DNA from: a virus
Lineage: Duplodnaviria > Heunggongvirae > Uroviricota > Caudoviricetes
Strand: one strand, 5' to 3'
Length of the DNA: 64,000 bases
Virus record (IMG/VR): IMGVR_UViG_3300028361_000018
This document shows positions 9,789 through 18,422 of this stretch, in pieces. Position numbers and translations under genes: made by a program. Each line of letters starts with the position of its first letter. Positions within the stretch are counted from its first letter, which is position 1. Under the pieces are notes generated by a model. The model was not told where the DNA came from. It saw only the letters and a program-made list of their open reading frames with translations, and made no database searches.

Positions 9789-11207
9789 ATGAGATATCAA
9801 GAGTTTAAGCTAAACGAAGGCTACAAAGAAGTACAACAGAAGTTCAGTCAAGAGGCAGATCCTACTGAAGTGGCGAGTGCCTTTGATGTGTTTAAAAAAC
9901 TAGTCAGTGCTAATCGCATCTCAGGCAATGAACGCAATATTGATTGGTGGGGTAAACAGGGGTGGCCTGCATTTATTGAATATGTGACCGCCATTGACGA
10001 AAGACCTAGCGAAGCAGAACAAAAATCTCGCACTAAAAAAGGCAATAGCTACGTACTAGAAGAAACTGCCGAGTGGCTGATTGTGGTGCCTCTGGACAAA
10101 GACGCCAGTTGCTTTCACGGCAAGAGAAGCGATTGGTGCACAACTAAGCCAACACAAGCATATTTTGAACAATACTTTCGTGACGATGGTATTACACTAA
10201 TCTACTTCTTCCGTCAGTCAGATGGAGCAATGTGGTCCATGGCTGTTTATCCAGAAGGCGATGTAGATTATTTTGATCAGCAAAATGAACAGCTTGATGA
10301 TGAGGAGTTCCTCGAGCAAACAAGACTAAGCTACAACAAATACATTAGAATGGTCGGCGGTGAAACTGATGTTGGACAAAAAGCCACTGCTAGTCGAGAC
10401 AGCATGAATGCTGATTTGAAGACTCTACAAGACTACATTGAAAAATTAGAACAAATGGCTACCCCTAGACGAAGCGCAAAGGTAGAAACATTGCTGCTAA
10501 AAATTAAACACCAGAAGTTATTAGGAGAGTATTTTGAGTTATTACACGACGCTACCGGTCCAGTAGAAGTAGACCAACAATTACAAACGCTAGTTGCTAC
10601 CACCGCACGCTCTGCTATTAACTTTTTAAAGGGAGTTACTTCAAAGACAATTCGGATACTTCAAAAGCAAGAAACCAACGTTCGGAAGAAGATCCTAAAT
10701 ATACAATACCCCTCTAAAGAAGCGGTATCATATATCGCAACTGTAGGAGAGCTAGCAGCGTCGTATGCAATTAACGTAATAGAAGGTCCTTGGCCGCCTG
10801 GCGAAGCTGCTATTGCCCAAGATACCACTTCATCAATTCGTTATGCAAAGGATGCTATGCAAGGTCTGTGGCCGCCGGGCGAAGCTGCTATTCTTACAGA
10901 CTCAGAAACAGCTCTAGAATATGCTCGCGACATAATAAAAGACCGATGGCCCGAGGCCGAAGAGGTTATAGCTAAAGACTACCGTAGCGCATATAGATAT
11001 GCCAATGAAGTGCTAGAAGGCCCATTTCCTGCCGGAGAAGCTGCTATTGCTAGTAATGGATATTATGCATACAGATATGCAATTGATGTACTAAAAAAGA
11101 GATGGCCTGAGGGCGAAGAGGCTATGAAAAATTTCTGGGACGATACGCTGTGGAAACAGTACGTGAAGTTCGTTAATGGTGAAGATGTAGAACCTTATAA
11201 AATATAG
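9789..11207 (+). CDS. paralogous repeat-family protein 1 (conserved N-domain + 5 x 26-aa WPxGEAAIA repeats)
   Basis: 472 aa. N-terminus MRYQEFKLNEGYKEVQQKFSQEADPTEVASAFDVFKKL...DKDASCFHGKRSDWCTTKPT is near-identical to the ORFs at 23529, 25292, 27067 and 28404. C-terminal WPPGEAAIA..Y.YA..V..G repeats. Confidence 0.65.
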   Translation: MRYQEFKLNEGYKEVQQKFSQEADPTEVASAFDVFKKLVSANRISGNERNIDWWGKQGWPAFIEYVTAIDERPSEAEQKSRTKKGNSYVLEETAEWLIVVPLDKDASCFHGKRSDWCTTKPTQAYFEQYFRDDGITLIYFFRQSDGAMWSMAVYPEGDVDYFDQQNEQLDDEEFLEQTRLSYNKYIRMVGGETDVGQKATASRDSMNADLKTLQDYIEKLEQMATPRRSAKVETLLLKIKHQKLLGEYFELLHDATGPVEVDQQLQTLVATTARSAINFLKGVTSKTIRILQKQETNVRKKILNIQYPSKEAVSYIATVGELAASYAINVIEGPWPPGEAAIAQDTTSSIRYAKDAMQGLWPPGEAAILTDSETALEYARDIIKDRWPEAEEVIAKDYRSAYRYANEVLEGPFPAGEAAIASNGYYAYRYAIDVLKKRWPEGEEAMKNFWDDTLWKQYVKFVNGEDVEPYKI

Positions 11208-11289
11208 TCTGACTAAAAGATTCATAATTGTAACGTTTGCAATTAACGATAGATATATAATACAAACAACCAAACAAAGAGGCGAAGAC

Positions 11290-11529
11290 ATGAGTAAAGC
11301 AATTGTATGGAGTAAAGAAGGATGTTCGTTTTGCGAGAGAGCAATTACACTGCTGGCCGGAAAAGGTATTGAATACGAACTTCGCACAATCGGTGAAGGC
11401 TGGACCCGAGCGCAGCTACTAGAGTCAGTTCCTAGCGCAACAACAGTTCCTCAGATTTTCTTAGAAGGTGAATTCATCGGTGGGTTTACAGAACTAGCAA
11501 ACCATTTCAACAAAAGGAAGCAAGCATAA
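11290..11529 (+). CDS. glutaredoxin (NrdC-like redoxin)
   Basis: 79 aa, CSFC CxxC active site near the N-terminus, TVPQIF..G..IGG glutaredoxin fold signature. Next to the RNR genes. Confidence 0.75.
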   Translation: MSKAIVWSKEGCSFCERAITLLAGKGIEYELRTIGEGWTRAQLLESVPSATTVPQIFLEGEFIGGFTELANHFNKRKQA

Positions 11530-11816
11530 TGTTAATAGACGTACCCTATAAGCATGGCGATGTTGTTAGTATTAAACTATCGTCTGGTGAGGAGATGATC
11601 GGAAGGCTTGTTGAAGAAAAGAGTGACAAGGTTATTATCGAAAAACCAAGAATGATTACCATGATGGAACAAGGCCTAGGACTAGGACCATTTATGTTTA
11701 GTGTAGGAGTAGATCAAAAGGCTACGATCAGCATGAATTCCGTGACGTGTATTGCCAAGACTCATGTGGACTTCTCCAAGCAGTACACAGAAGGTACCAC
11801 AGGGATTAAACTATAA
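11529..11816 (+). CDS. hypothetical protein (95 aa)
   Basis: ORF track; start overlaps the upstream stop. Confidence 0.4.
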   Translation: MLIDVPYKHGDVVSIKLSSGEEMIGRLVEEKSDKVIIEKPRMITMMEQGLGLGPFMFSVGVDQKATISMNSVTCIAKTHVDFSKQYTEGTTGIKL

Positions 11817-12593
11817 ATGACAACCGCAACAGCACCTCTAATAAATGTTAAAACTCTAGTAGATAACCAAGTTGCAAGTACTTCGGGGCTCACTGATGAC
11901 CTTATACTAGTGGCTGCCGATAGCTGTGGACTATTAGGTACTGCTCAGTCAGCAGTTGACGAAATTGCTGCTGGCGCTGCGAATGCGGCCGATGCCGCAA
12001 TTAATAAAACTATAGAATCAGTTGGTAATATATCTAAAAAAGTTAATGACTTTGCTGAAGGAGCTGTCTCGGCGGCTCGAGCAAAATTAGACAGCGCTGT
12101 TGCTGCTATAAACACTAAGATACAACAATTGTTTGATGCTGTTCAGGGTGACCCAGAAAAACAAAGTATATTAGACAAATTTTTAGCAAAAGTAGCGTCT
12201 GTGACAGCGGCTATAGGTTCAGCCTTTGCAGCAGTGTCTGCTTTTGCAAAAGACGCATATGATAAAGTTAGTGCCTTTGTTAGTGACATCATCACTACTG
12301 TCCTGGAAATTGCAAATGACGCACGTATCATGGCGTGTGGCGGCGCAAACGCTGCTCTAAGCGCAATAGGTAGTGGACTCGGCGGAGCATTTAACAGTAT
12401 GGCAGAATCACTTTCTGACGATAAGAGCCCACAAGACATAATCAAAGAAAGAAATAGTGGAGCAGTTAAAGCCAAATCAGATGCTGTAAAAGCAAGTGCT
12501 GATGCTACTAACATTCAAGCTGATAACATCTCAGCGGGTGTAGACACAGTAGATGCTAATTTGGATCAACTACAAGCGATAGCAGCAGAATGA
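11817..12593 (+). CDS. Ala-rich hypothetical (possible structural protein)
   Basis: 258 aa, extremely Ala/Ser/Val-rich low complexity. The 12143-12514 minus ORF is an antisense artefact. Immediately upstream of a PAAR gene. Confidence 0.45.
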   Translation: MTTATAPLINVKTLVDNQVASTSGLTDDLILVAADSCGLLGTAQSAVDEIAAGAANAADAAINKTIESVGNISKKVNDFAEGAVSAARAKLDSAVAAINTKIQQLFDAVQGDPEKQSILDKFLAKVASVTAAIGSAFAAVSAFAKDAYDKVSAFVSDIITTVLEIANDARIMACGGANAALSAIGSGLGGAFNSMAESLSDDKSPQDIIKERNSGAVKAKSDAVKASADATNIQADNISAGVDTVDANLDQLQAIAAE

Positions 12594-12901
12594 GCAGAGG
12601 ACTGGCTAGATTTGGAGATCGTACATTTGGTACCTGCAAACATCCTAGTCACAATAAACCAATAGAGATAGCAGGAACTATAATAACAGGTTCTCCATCT
12701 GTTACAGTTGACAAGATGGCCAGCGCCAGAATAGGTGATATGGTAATAACTGACTGCGGACATCTCGATCAGATTATCTCAGGCAGTGCTAGTGTGCTGG
12801 CCGGCAACATTGGAGTTGCTAGAGTTGGCGACAAAACAGGCGGACGAGGAATATACAACGCTGTTATAATTACTGGCTCTCCAGCTTCGACTACCTCATA
12901 G
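12590..12901 (+). CDS. PAAR-repeat spike tip protein (gp5.4-like)
   Basis: 103 aa with repeated G..T.G.P.V...G...ARIGD / ARVGD motifs and conserved Cys/His. This matches the PAAR domain. Confidence 0.65.
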   Translation: MSRGLARFGDRTFGTCKHPSHNKPIEIAGTIITGSPSVTVDKMASARIGDMVITDCGHLDQIISGSASVLAGNIGVARVGDKTGGRGIYNAVIITGSPASTTS

Positions 12902-12906
12902 CGTGA

Positions 12907-12935
12907 TTGACAATCCACGTTAGCGAGCATATAAT
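12907..12935 (+). promoter_or_regulatory. sigma70-like promoter TTGACA-N17-TATAAT
   Basis: TTGACA 12907-12912, TATAAT 12930-12935. Confidence 0.45.
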
Positions 12936-12963
12936 ATAGATTAACGCGGCAAAAGAGGTAGTT

Positions 12964-13551
12964 ATGAAAAAAATATTGACAGATGTAGACGGCGTGTGTC
13001 TCTGGTGGGAACCAGCATTTCATCACTGGATGGCACGACGAGAACAGCATCCGTTGGACCGACAAGACACATACAATGTACACGAAATGTATCCAAGTAT
13101 GAGTCAACAAGAAGCTGTACGTACTATGAGAGAATTCTGCAACAGTAGCTGGATAGGCTTCTTAGACCCTCTAAGAGACGCTAAGACAGGCATTGCAGCA
13201 TTAGTAGCTCAAGGGTACACCTTTGACGTCATCACTAGTTTGAGTACCGACCCATGTACCACGCAACTGCGCACAATGAACCTAAACAACCACTTTGGTA
13301 TTGAAGCGTTTGACAAATATACGTATTTGCCACAGGGCGCTAGTAAAGAAAAAGCACTGGCACAGTATGCAGGCACAGGCTACTACTGGTTGGAAGACAA
13401 AATCGAAAACGCTGAAGCAGGCCTTGAATTTGGTCTGCAACCAATACTAATCGATCATCCATATAACCGATGGTACAGCCATCCTAAGATCTTTCGAGTA
13501 ACTACTTGGGCTCAAGTGGTTGACATTATCCTAAATGATAAAAAACTGTAA
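12964..13551 (+). CDS. HAD-superfamily hydrolase-like (possible 5'-nucleotidase)
   Basis: 195 aa with N-terminal ILTDVDGV (HAD motif I DxDG[TV]). Confidence 0.45.
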   Translation: MKKILTDVDGVCLWWEPAFHHWMARREQHPLDRQDTYNVHEMYPSMSQQEAVRTMREFCNSSWIGFLDPLRDAKTGIAALVAQGYTFDVITSLSTDPCTTQLRTMNLNNHFGIEAFDKYTYLPQGASKEKALAQYAGTGYYWLEDKIENAEAGLEFGLQPILIDHPYNRWYSHPKIFRVTTWAQVVDIILNDKKL

Positions 13552-13572
13552 ATACAGGAAGAGGATATAACT

Positions 13573-13893
13573 ATGGCAATAACAGTAGCAACACAAAAAT
13601 ACTTTGAAGAGATTTCTAAAAAGACACAGGAATATCACAATGCTTTTGTAACTGGCAAAAAGTATGTAATAGAAAACGAAATTACACAAATACGCAGCGC
13701 TACTAATTGTGTATTAATGAGTATACTTTGGTGCGCAGCTAACCGCGGCGACACACTGGATGAGCAAGATGTGTGTTTGTTCTTAAACGTTAGTGCAACC
13801 GATGTAAAGAAGGGTGATGTTGCAATCAAGCTGATGCCCGAAATGAAAGAATGGACACTTGAAGAAATTCTTAGCTATGTGAAAGAAGCATAA
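13573..13893 (+). CDS. hypothetical protein (106 aa)
   Basis: ORF track. Confidence 0.4.
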   Translation: MAITVATQKYFEEISKKTQEYHNAFVTGKKYVIENEITQIRSATNCVLMSILWCAANRGDTLDEQDVCLFLNVSATDVKKGDVAIKLMPEMKEWTLEEILSYVKEA

Positions 13894-13898
13894 GCTAG

Positions 13899-13927
13899 TT
13901 GACAAAGTGATAGATTGATAGTATTAT
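13899..13927 (+). promoter_or_regulatory. sigma70-like promoter TTGACA-N17-TATTAT
   Basis: TTGACA 13899-13904, TATTAT 13922-13927. Confidence 0.4.
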
Positions 13928-13983
13928 GTATATGTGAGATAAGAAATAATCATTCGCAATAGATTAAACAAAGAGAAAATAAC

Positions 13984-14340
13984 ATGAACACAGGCCAAGT
14001 ATATTTTTATTACTATAAACAAAAGTTAGCCGACTGTGTATTCGACTATAAACAAAAGTTAGCCGACTATGTATTCGAACAACAGCGACGCAATAACATC
14101 AAGGAACACGGATACTGCCCGCTACATCTTGTGACCAAGTACAATGTGGCTATTGAAGATGCTGGTCGATATCGTTGGCTACGTGACAGCGGGCACCTTG
14201 ATGCGTTTTGGAGCGTTGATGGTACAGAAGTCCGCTGTGATAACATCGACGTCGAGATTGAAGACGCAATGGCCGAACACGCATTGCATAATATGATGGC
14301 AGACTTAGAAAAAGAAGAGCATGCTCATGACAAAGAGTGA
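13984..14340 (+). CDS. hypothetical protein with internal duplicated YKQKLADxVF segment
   Basis: 118 aa. DNA-level tandem duplication (ctataaacaaaagttagccgact) near the 5' end. Confidence 0.4.
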   Translation: MNTGQVYFYYYKQKLADCVFDYKQKLADYVFEQQRRNNIKEHGYCPLHLVTKYNVAIEDAGRYRWLRDSGHLDAFWSVDGTEVRCDNIDVEIEDAMAEHALHNMMADLEKEEHAHDKE

Positions 14341-14682
14341 ATGCACACTGTAAGAATAAATAGTAATAATGGTAGTAAACTAGCTTAGGAAAACACGGGA
14401 ACACGCCGGGGCAGTACCGGCCAGCTCCACCATAAGCGCACTGCTAGTGTCTGCATACACTGCTAGCGTGCTTTTGATGGGGCTGTACTAGATTCGACTT
14501 TCGGAGCTATTACTAATGTTGGCTACTCGGTAGATGACGGCCGTAAACGCATAAAACTAGGAAATGACAAAACATCATTTACCACAGAACTAACAGTAGA
14601 AGGTCTTTTCGAAGATCAACTGCTAGCTGCCTAAACCGTAGCAAGTTCGGGGATATCGCTATCCTGCAACAGAAAAGTGATA

Positions 14683-14706
14683 AGAGCGCTTCGGCGCTCT
14701 TTTTTA
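14683..14706 (+). terminator. intrinsic terminator
   Basis: AGAGCGC-TTCG-GCGCTCT perfect 7-bp GC-rich hairpin followed by TTTTT. Lies at the 3' end of a 430-bp ORF-free region. Confidence 0.7.
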
Positions 14707-14717
14707 CGGATATTCAG

Positions 14718-14746
14718 TTGACAGACCTTTTAATTATTGTTATAAT
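14718..14746 (+). promoter_or_regulatory. sigma70-like promoter TTGACA-N17-TATAAT
   Basis: TTGACA 14718-14723, TATAAT 14741-14746, directly after the terminator. Confidence 0.5.
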
Positions 14747-14776
14747 TTATGCTTAATGTAATTAGAGGCAAAGATT

Positions 14777-15193
14777 ATGACTATGCACCTTGTTAGAGGA
14801 ATGAGTTCAACTAGAACTGCTAAGCCTAAAGAAGCAACCATCACTATAGCAAAACGCAAAGAGCTCGGAGACCAGCTTGCTGTGTACAATCGTCAGCTTA
14901 GACAACAGGGACGACATGACGAGCGACTTACGTTTGACCAGTATTATAACTACGTACACGGTAGAGGCAAGGTTAAGTTAGCGCAGCCTGTGAAGCGCAA
15001 GACAGTACCAAGGTACCGTCGAGAGACACAGCATATACCCAGCTTAGACAAAGACCCAGGAATTGCGCCCAAGAAAGAATCTATAATGTATTCGGGCTCC
15101 TTGGTCAAGGGGATCTCCGTTCTACACAAGAGCAACGCTGTTCCCGTGATCAGTGACGAAGAAATAAACGACATTGCACGGATGAGACGCTAG
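14777..15193 (+). CDS. basic hypothetical protein (138 aa)
   Basis: ORF track; Arg/Lys-rich. Confidence 0.4.
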   Translation: MTMHLVRGMSSTRTAKPKEATITIAKRKELGDQLAVYNRQLRQQGRHDERLTFDQYYNYVHGRGKVKLAQPVKRKTVPRYRRETQHIPSLDKDPGIAPKKESIMYSGSLVKGISVLHKSNAVPVISDEEINDIARMRR

Positions 15194-15194
15194 T

Positions 15195-15464
15195 ATGATT
15201 ATTTCAAATATTCGTAATGTAGAAGTCATACAGTCTAAGAAATATCACTCGCTACATTCAGTAGTAGCTGAGGTAGACGTTACTACCACTACAGGATATT
15301 GGTTATGGAAGAAGACGGAGACTGTAACACGACAGGTTTTTAAAGATGAACTATCAGCTTCTTGGGTATGGACAGACACTGGCGAATGGACTCCTAGCCG
15401 AGATGTCGAACAACTTCATGCAGCGCACGAAGCCCAAGCAAAGATCAAGGAGATGCGTCGATGA
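15195..15464 (+). CDS. hypothetical protein (89 aa)
   Basis: ORF track. Confidence 0.35.
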   Translation: MIISNIRNVEVIQSKKYHSLHSVVAEVDVTTTTGYWLWKKTETVTRQVFKDELSASWVWTDTGEWTPSRDVEQLHAAHEAQAKIKEMRR

Positions 15465-15973
15465 AATATATTATTGCTATACTGCTGGTCTGTACTGCAA
15501 CTTTTGCAGACTCACGCACACTGATGAGCAGTCCTATTATTGGCAATACCATAATGGCCAATAACCCAGCCGAAGAGTGCTTGGCGTTAAACGTATACTA
15601 CGAAGCTAGAGGCCAATCAGTTATAGGAGCAATGGCAGTTGCAGAGGTCACAATGAATAGAGTCAAAAGTAAAAAGTTTAGGAACCATGTATGTCAAGTA
15701 GTATACCGAGCTTGGGCATTTTCGTGGACAAGTGATCGTTCTTTGCACCGAGTCACTCCAAACCTAGACAGCGTAGTAGATGCTCGTGCCTGGACAAGAT
15801 CCTTGCTGATAGCAAGAAGGTACATAGATGGTGTCAACTCAAATATCACACGCGGTGCTTTGTTCTTCCACGCCCGCTATGTTTCCCCTTACTGGGCAAA
15901 ATGTTTTACTCAAACAATAGTCATCGATGATCATATATTTTACAAAAATAATTTGCAGCGTAGGTCGTGCTAG
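15461..15973 (+). CDS. secreted cell-wall hydrolase (SleB / Hydrolase_2 family)
   Basis: 170 aa. Signal peptide MKYIIAILLVCTATFA. ECLALNVYYEARGQS...AVAEVTMNRV...HVCQVVY...AFSW...YWA matches the SleB-type hydrolase signature. Confidence 0.7.
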   Translation: MKYIIAILLVCTATFADSRTLMSSPIIGNTIMANNPAEECLALNVYYEARGQSVIGAMAVAEVTMNRVKSKKFRNHVCQVVYRAWAFSWTSDRSLHRVTPNLDSVVDARAWTRSLLIARRYIDGVNSNITRGALFFHARYVSPYWAKCFTQTIVIDDHIFYKNNLQRRSC

Positions 15974-16040
15974 CGAGAATAATCACTTTGTGCTACACCA
16001 AAATAGCAATAGCGATAACTAAATGTAAGAGGCAATAGAG

Positions 16041-16439
16041 TTGAACAAGATTCACATAGTTACATATCCTGATAGACTGCACAATGACAGTTACGAAATA
16101 CTCCTAGTTTACCCTAGTCAAAAAGTGTTAGCAGATTTGCAAAACACCGTTCTAGCGCATTACGAAAATAATGCAAACATCTATATATATGACAAAGGAG
16201 TATATGTAAAGGAAGAAATAAATTGGGTGTTAACCACATTAAAATGCGTTGATGTCTGCATTGCAGATATTGATAACACATTACCATTCTTTAAAGACAT
16301 GATGTCTTATATAGTTGCAAAAGATAAAACTTACTGGTTGACTAACGCTGAGGAATCAGTATATAATCATATCAGTAAAAATAGAATATACAACTTAGAG
16401 TTTTTATTACACACCGGAGAAATGAATGAAAAGACATAA
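16041..16439 (+). CDS. hypothetical protein (132 aa)
   Basis: ORF track. Confidence 0.4.
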   Translation: MNKIHIVTYPDRLHNDSYEILLVYPSQKVLADLQNTVLAHYENNANIYIYDKGVYVKEEINWVLTTLKCVDVCIADIDNTLPFFKDMMSYIVAKDKTYWLTNAEESVYNHISKNRIYNLEFLLHTGEMNEKT

Positions 16440-16686
16440 CAAAGCAAGTCAAGAATCACTGATTATCAAGGGGATCAGTGTCGAAGTCCGAAACGGCGAT
16501 GTAAATTTTGCATTACGCAAATTTAAACGTAAAGTGCAAGAAGCTGGACTTTTGCAAGAACTGCGTGATCGCGAGTTCTATACCAAACCTAGTGAAAAAC
16601 GTAAGCGGGCTAAAGCTGCTGCCCGTTCTCGCTGGCTCAAGAAAGAAACCAAGATAGACGAAAACACCAGCCAAGGTAATAGCTAA
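16426..16686 (+). CDS. rpsU: 30S ribosomal protein bS21 homolog
   Basis: 86 aa. [48 protein letters not shown] aligns with E. coli S21 ([47 protein letters not shown]). Confidence 0.8.
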   Translation: MKRHNKASQESLIIKGISVEVRNGDVNFALRKFKRKVQEAGLLQELRDREFYTKPSEKRKRAKAAARSRWLKKETKIDENTSQGNS

Positions 16687-16695
16687 GGAAAAACA

Positions 16696-16989
16696 ATGAT
16701 TAACCCAGTACAAGATAGAGTTATTATTAAGCCGTCTAAGCTAGAAGAAAAAACTGCCAGCGGATTAGTTATTGCTGGATCAGTTGATAAAAAAAACGAA
16801 CTCGAACAAGGACAAGTAATAGCGGTCGGCCCAGGGAAAACTACTAGCGGAGGTCAGCTAATTGAGCCGCTAGTAGAAGTGGGTGAGATTGTTGCTTACC
16901 AAAAAGGCACAGGAATAAAGACTAAGATTGATAACGTAGAGTATTTGGTACTTGATGAGCACCAAATACTAGCGGTTATCTTGGAGTAA
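16696..16989 (+). CDS. groS: co-chaperonin GroES
   Basis: 97 aa. MINPVQDRVIIKP...EKTASGLVI.....K.....G.V.AVG.G mobile-loop pattern. Confidence 0.85.
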   Translation: MINPVQDRVIIKPSKLEEKTASGLVIAGSVDKKNELEQGQVIAVGPGKTTSGGQLIEPLVEVGEIVAYQKGTGIKTKIDNVEYLVLDEHQILAVILE

Positions 16990-17070
16990 AGTACAACTAT
17001 ATTTGATAAATAAATGTGGATGCCGCAAGGGTCCACAACAAAGTATCTTGCTTAATAAAGGAGAAATAAT

Positions 17071-17517
17071 ATGACAAGACTACATACCTTAGATTTACCT
17101 TCACTACACAGAGCTTCAATCGGTTTCGACAGACTATTTAATGAGCTAGATCGTTCATTCACTAATAGTCAGTCTCAGGGATATCCTCCATACAACATCT
17201 TGCAGATTAACGAAGACGAATTTATGATCAGTCTTGCAGTTGCCGGGTTCACTATGGATAATTTAGATATCACTAAGGACCGCAATGTGCTAACGATCGA
17301 AGGGGCAATGCCCAAACTTAGCGACGAAAAAACACCAAATTATATACACAAAGGTATTGCAGAGCGTAACTTCCGTAGAGAATTTCGTTTAGCAGAACAC
17401 GTAGATATAGTAGGTGCTAGTCTTGAATTAGGAATGCTCAATGTACACTTACATAGAGATGTTCCAGCAGAGCTACAACCAAGAAAGATTTCAATAACCG
17501 GTCCTGCTAACAAATAG
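17071..17517 (+). CDS. small heat-shock protein (Hsp20/IbpA family)
   Basis: 148 aa. YPPYNI...EDEFMISLAVAGF...L.I......L.IEG alpha-crystallin domain pattern. Confidence 0.8.
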   Translation: MTRLHTLDLPSLHRASIGFDRLFNELDRSFTNSQSQGYPPYNILQINEDEFMISLAVAGFTMDNLDITKDRNVLTIEGAMPKLSDEKTPNYIHKGIAERNFRREFRLAEHVDIVGASLELGMLNVHLHRDVPAELQPRKISITGPANK

Positions 17518-17526
17518 CAGTAAACT

Positions 17527-17555
17527 AGTAGGGGCAGTTAAACTGCCCCTACTAC
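17527..17555 (+). terminator. hairpin terminator-like element after the hsp20 gene
   Basis: TAGTAGGGGCAG-TTAAA-CTGCCCCTACTA 12-bp stem. No strong U-tract, so lower confidence. Confidence 0.4.
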
Positions 17556-17571
17556 TTATAGGAGGAACTTA

Positions 17572-17880
17572 ATGTCCACAAATGCGCAACCAGTCACTGA
17601 CGAAAAGGTTAAGATTAAAAAGAAAACGCCTAACAAGTATAAGGTAATCTTACTAAACGATGATAGTACTCCGATAGATTGGGTTATAGGAATCTTAAAA
17701 GAAATATTTCGTCACACTACGCCTACTGCCGAAGCGTTGACTATGGAAGTGCATAATCAAGGATCAGCCGTAGTAGGAACCTATACTTTTGAAATTGCCG
17801 AAACAAAGATTGCTGAAACAATTAACATTAGCCGAGATAACGGCTTTCCGTTAGTAGCTAAAATAGAAGAGGACAAATGA
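17572..17880 (+). CDS. clpS: ATP-dependent Clp protease adaptor ClpS
   Basis: 102 aa. KYKVILLNDDSTPIDWVIGILKEIF.....A..L...VH..G.AVVG.Y matches the ClpS core. Confidence 0.75.
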   Translation: MSTNAQPVTDEKVKIKKKTPNKYKVILLNDDSTPIDWVIGILKEIFRHTTPTAEALTMEVHNQGSAVVGTYTFEIAETKIAETINISRDNGFPLVAKIEEDK

Positions 17881-18422
17881 ATAATTTAAAAGAATTAACA
17901 TCAGAGCAACACAGAAATGCTGAGAGACAAGCGTTTGTGAAAGAGATGTTCTCTGGAACGATATCTAATGAGCGTTACGCGAAGTTCTTGTTTAATCAGC
18001 ATCCGATATACAACTTATTAGAAACACTTGCTAACATCCATGGGTTGTTTGACGATATGCCGGAGTTGCGCAGAGCTCCAAAAATTCATGAAGACTATCA
18101 GGACTTGATGAAGGGAACTGAAGAACCACCTGTGCTGTTACCGGTCGTAAAAGAATACATGGATTACTTAATGTCTATCTCCGAAGATGCAGATAGACTA
18201 ATGGCGCATGTATACGTCAGGCACATGGGTGACTTATTCGGCGGACAGATGATTTCTAAAAAAGTTCCTGGCCTTGGCAAGATGTACCAGTTTGATCGAG
18301 ATAAGGACGAACTAAAGACCTTAATAAGAGAACGAGTAAACGATAGTATGGCCGACGAGGCAAAGGTATGCTTCGATTTTGCTACTAAGCTGTTCCAACA
18401 GATGAATGAGGCAAAAAAGTGA
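17877..18422 (+). CDS. heme oxygenase-like protein
   Basis: 181 aa. N-terminal L.E.T...H...E...FVK..F.G......Y...L...Y..Y..LE resembles the HO1 proximal helix. Shorter than canonical HO. Upstream of a bilin-reductase gene. Confidence 0.5.
   Translation: MNNLKELTSEQHRNAERQAFVKEMFSGTISNERYAKFLFNQHPIYNLLETLANIHGLFDDMPELRRAPKIHEDYQDLMKGTEEPPVLLPVVKEYMDYLMSISEDADRLMAHVYVRHMGDLFGGQMISKKVPGLGKMYQFDRDKDELKTLIRERVNDSMADEAKVCFDFATKLFQQMNEAKK

Noticed and set aside
10790-10975. 61-aa alternative-frame ORF within the repeat region of family member 1
   Set aside because: Off-frame translation of the 78-bp tandem repeats. The main frame gives the conserved WPxGEAAIA units.
12143-12514. 123-aa minus-strand ORF inside the Ala-rich gene
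   Set aside because: Antisense reading of GC/Ala-codon-rich low-complexity sequence. All neighbouring genes are on the + strand. No start context.
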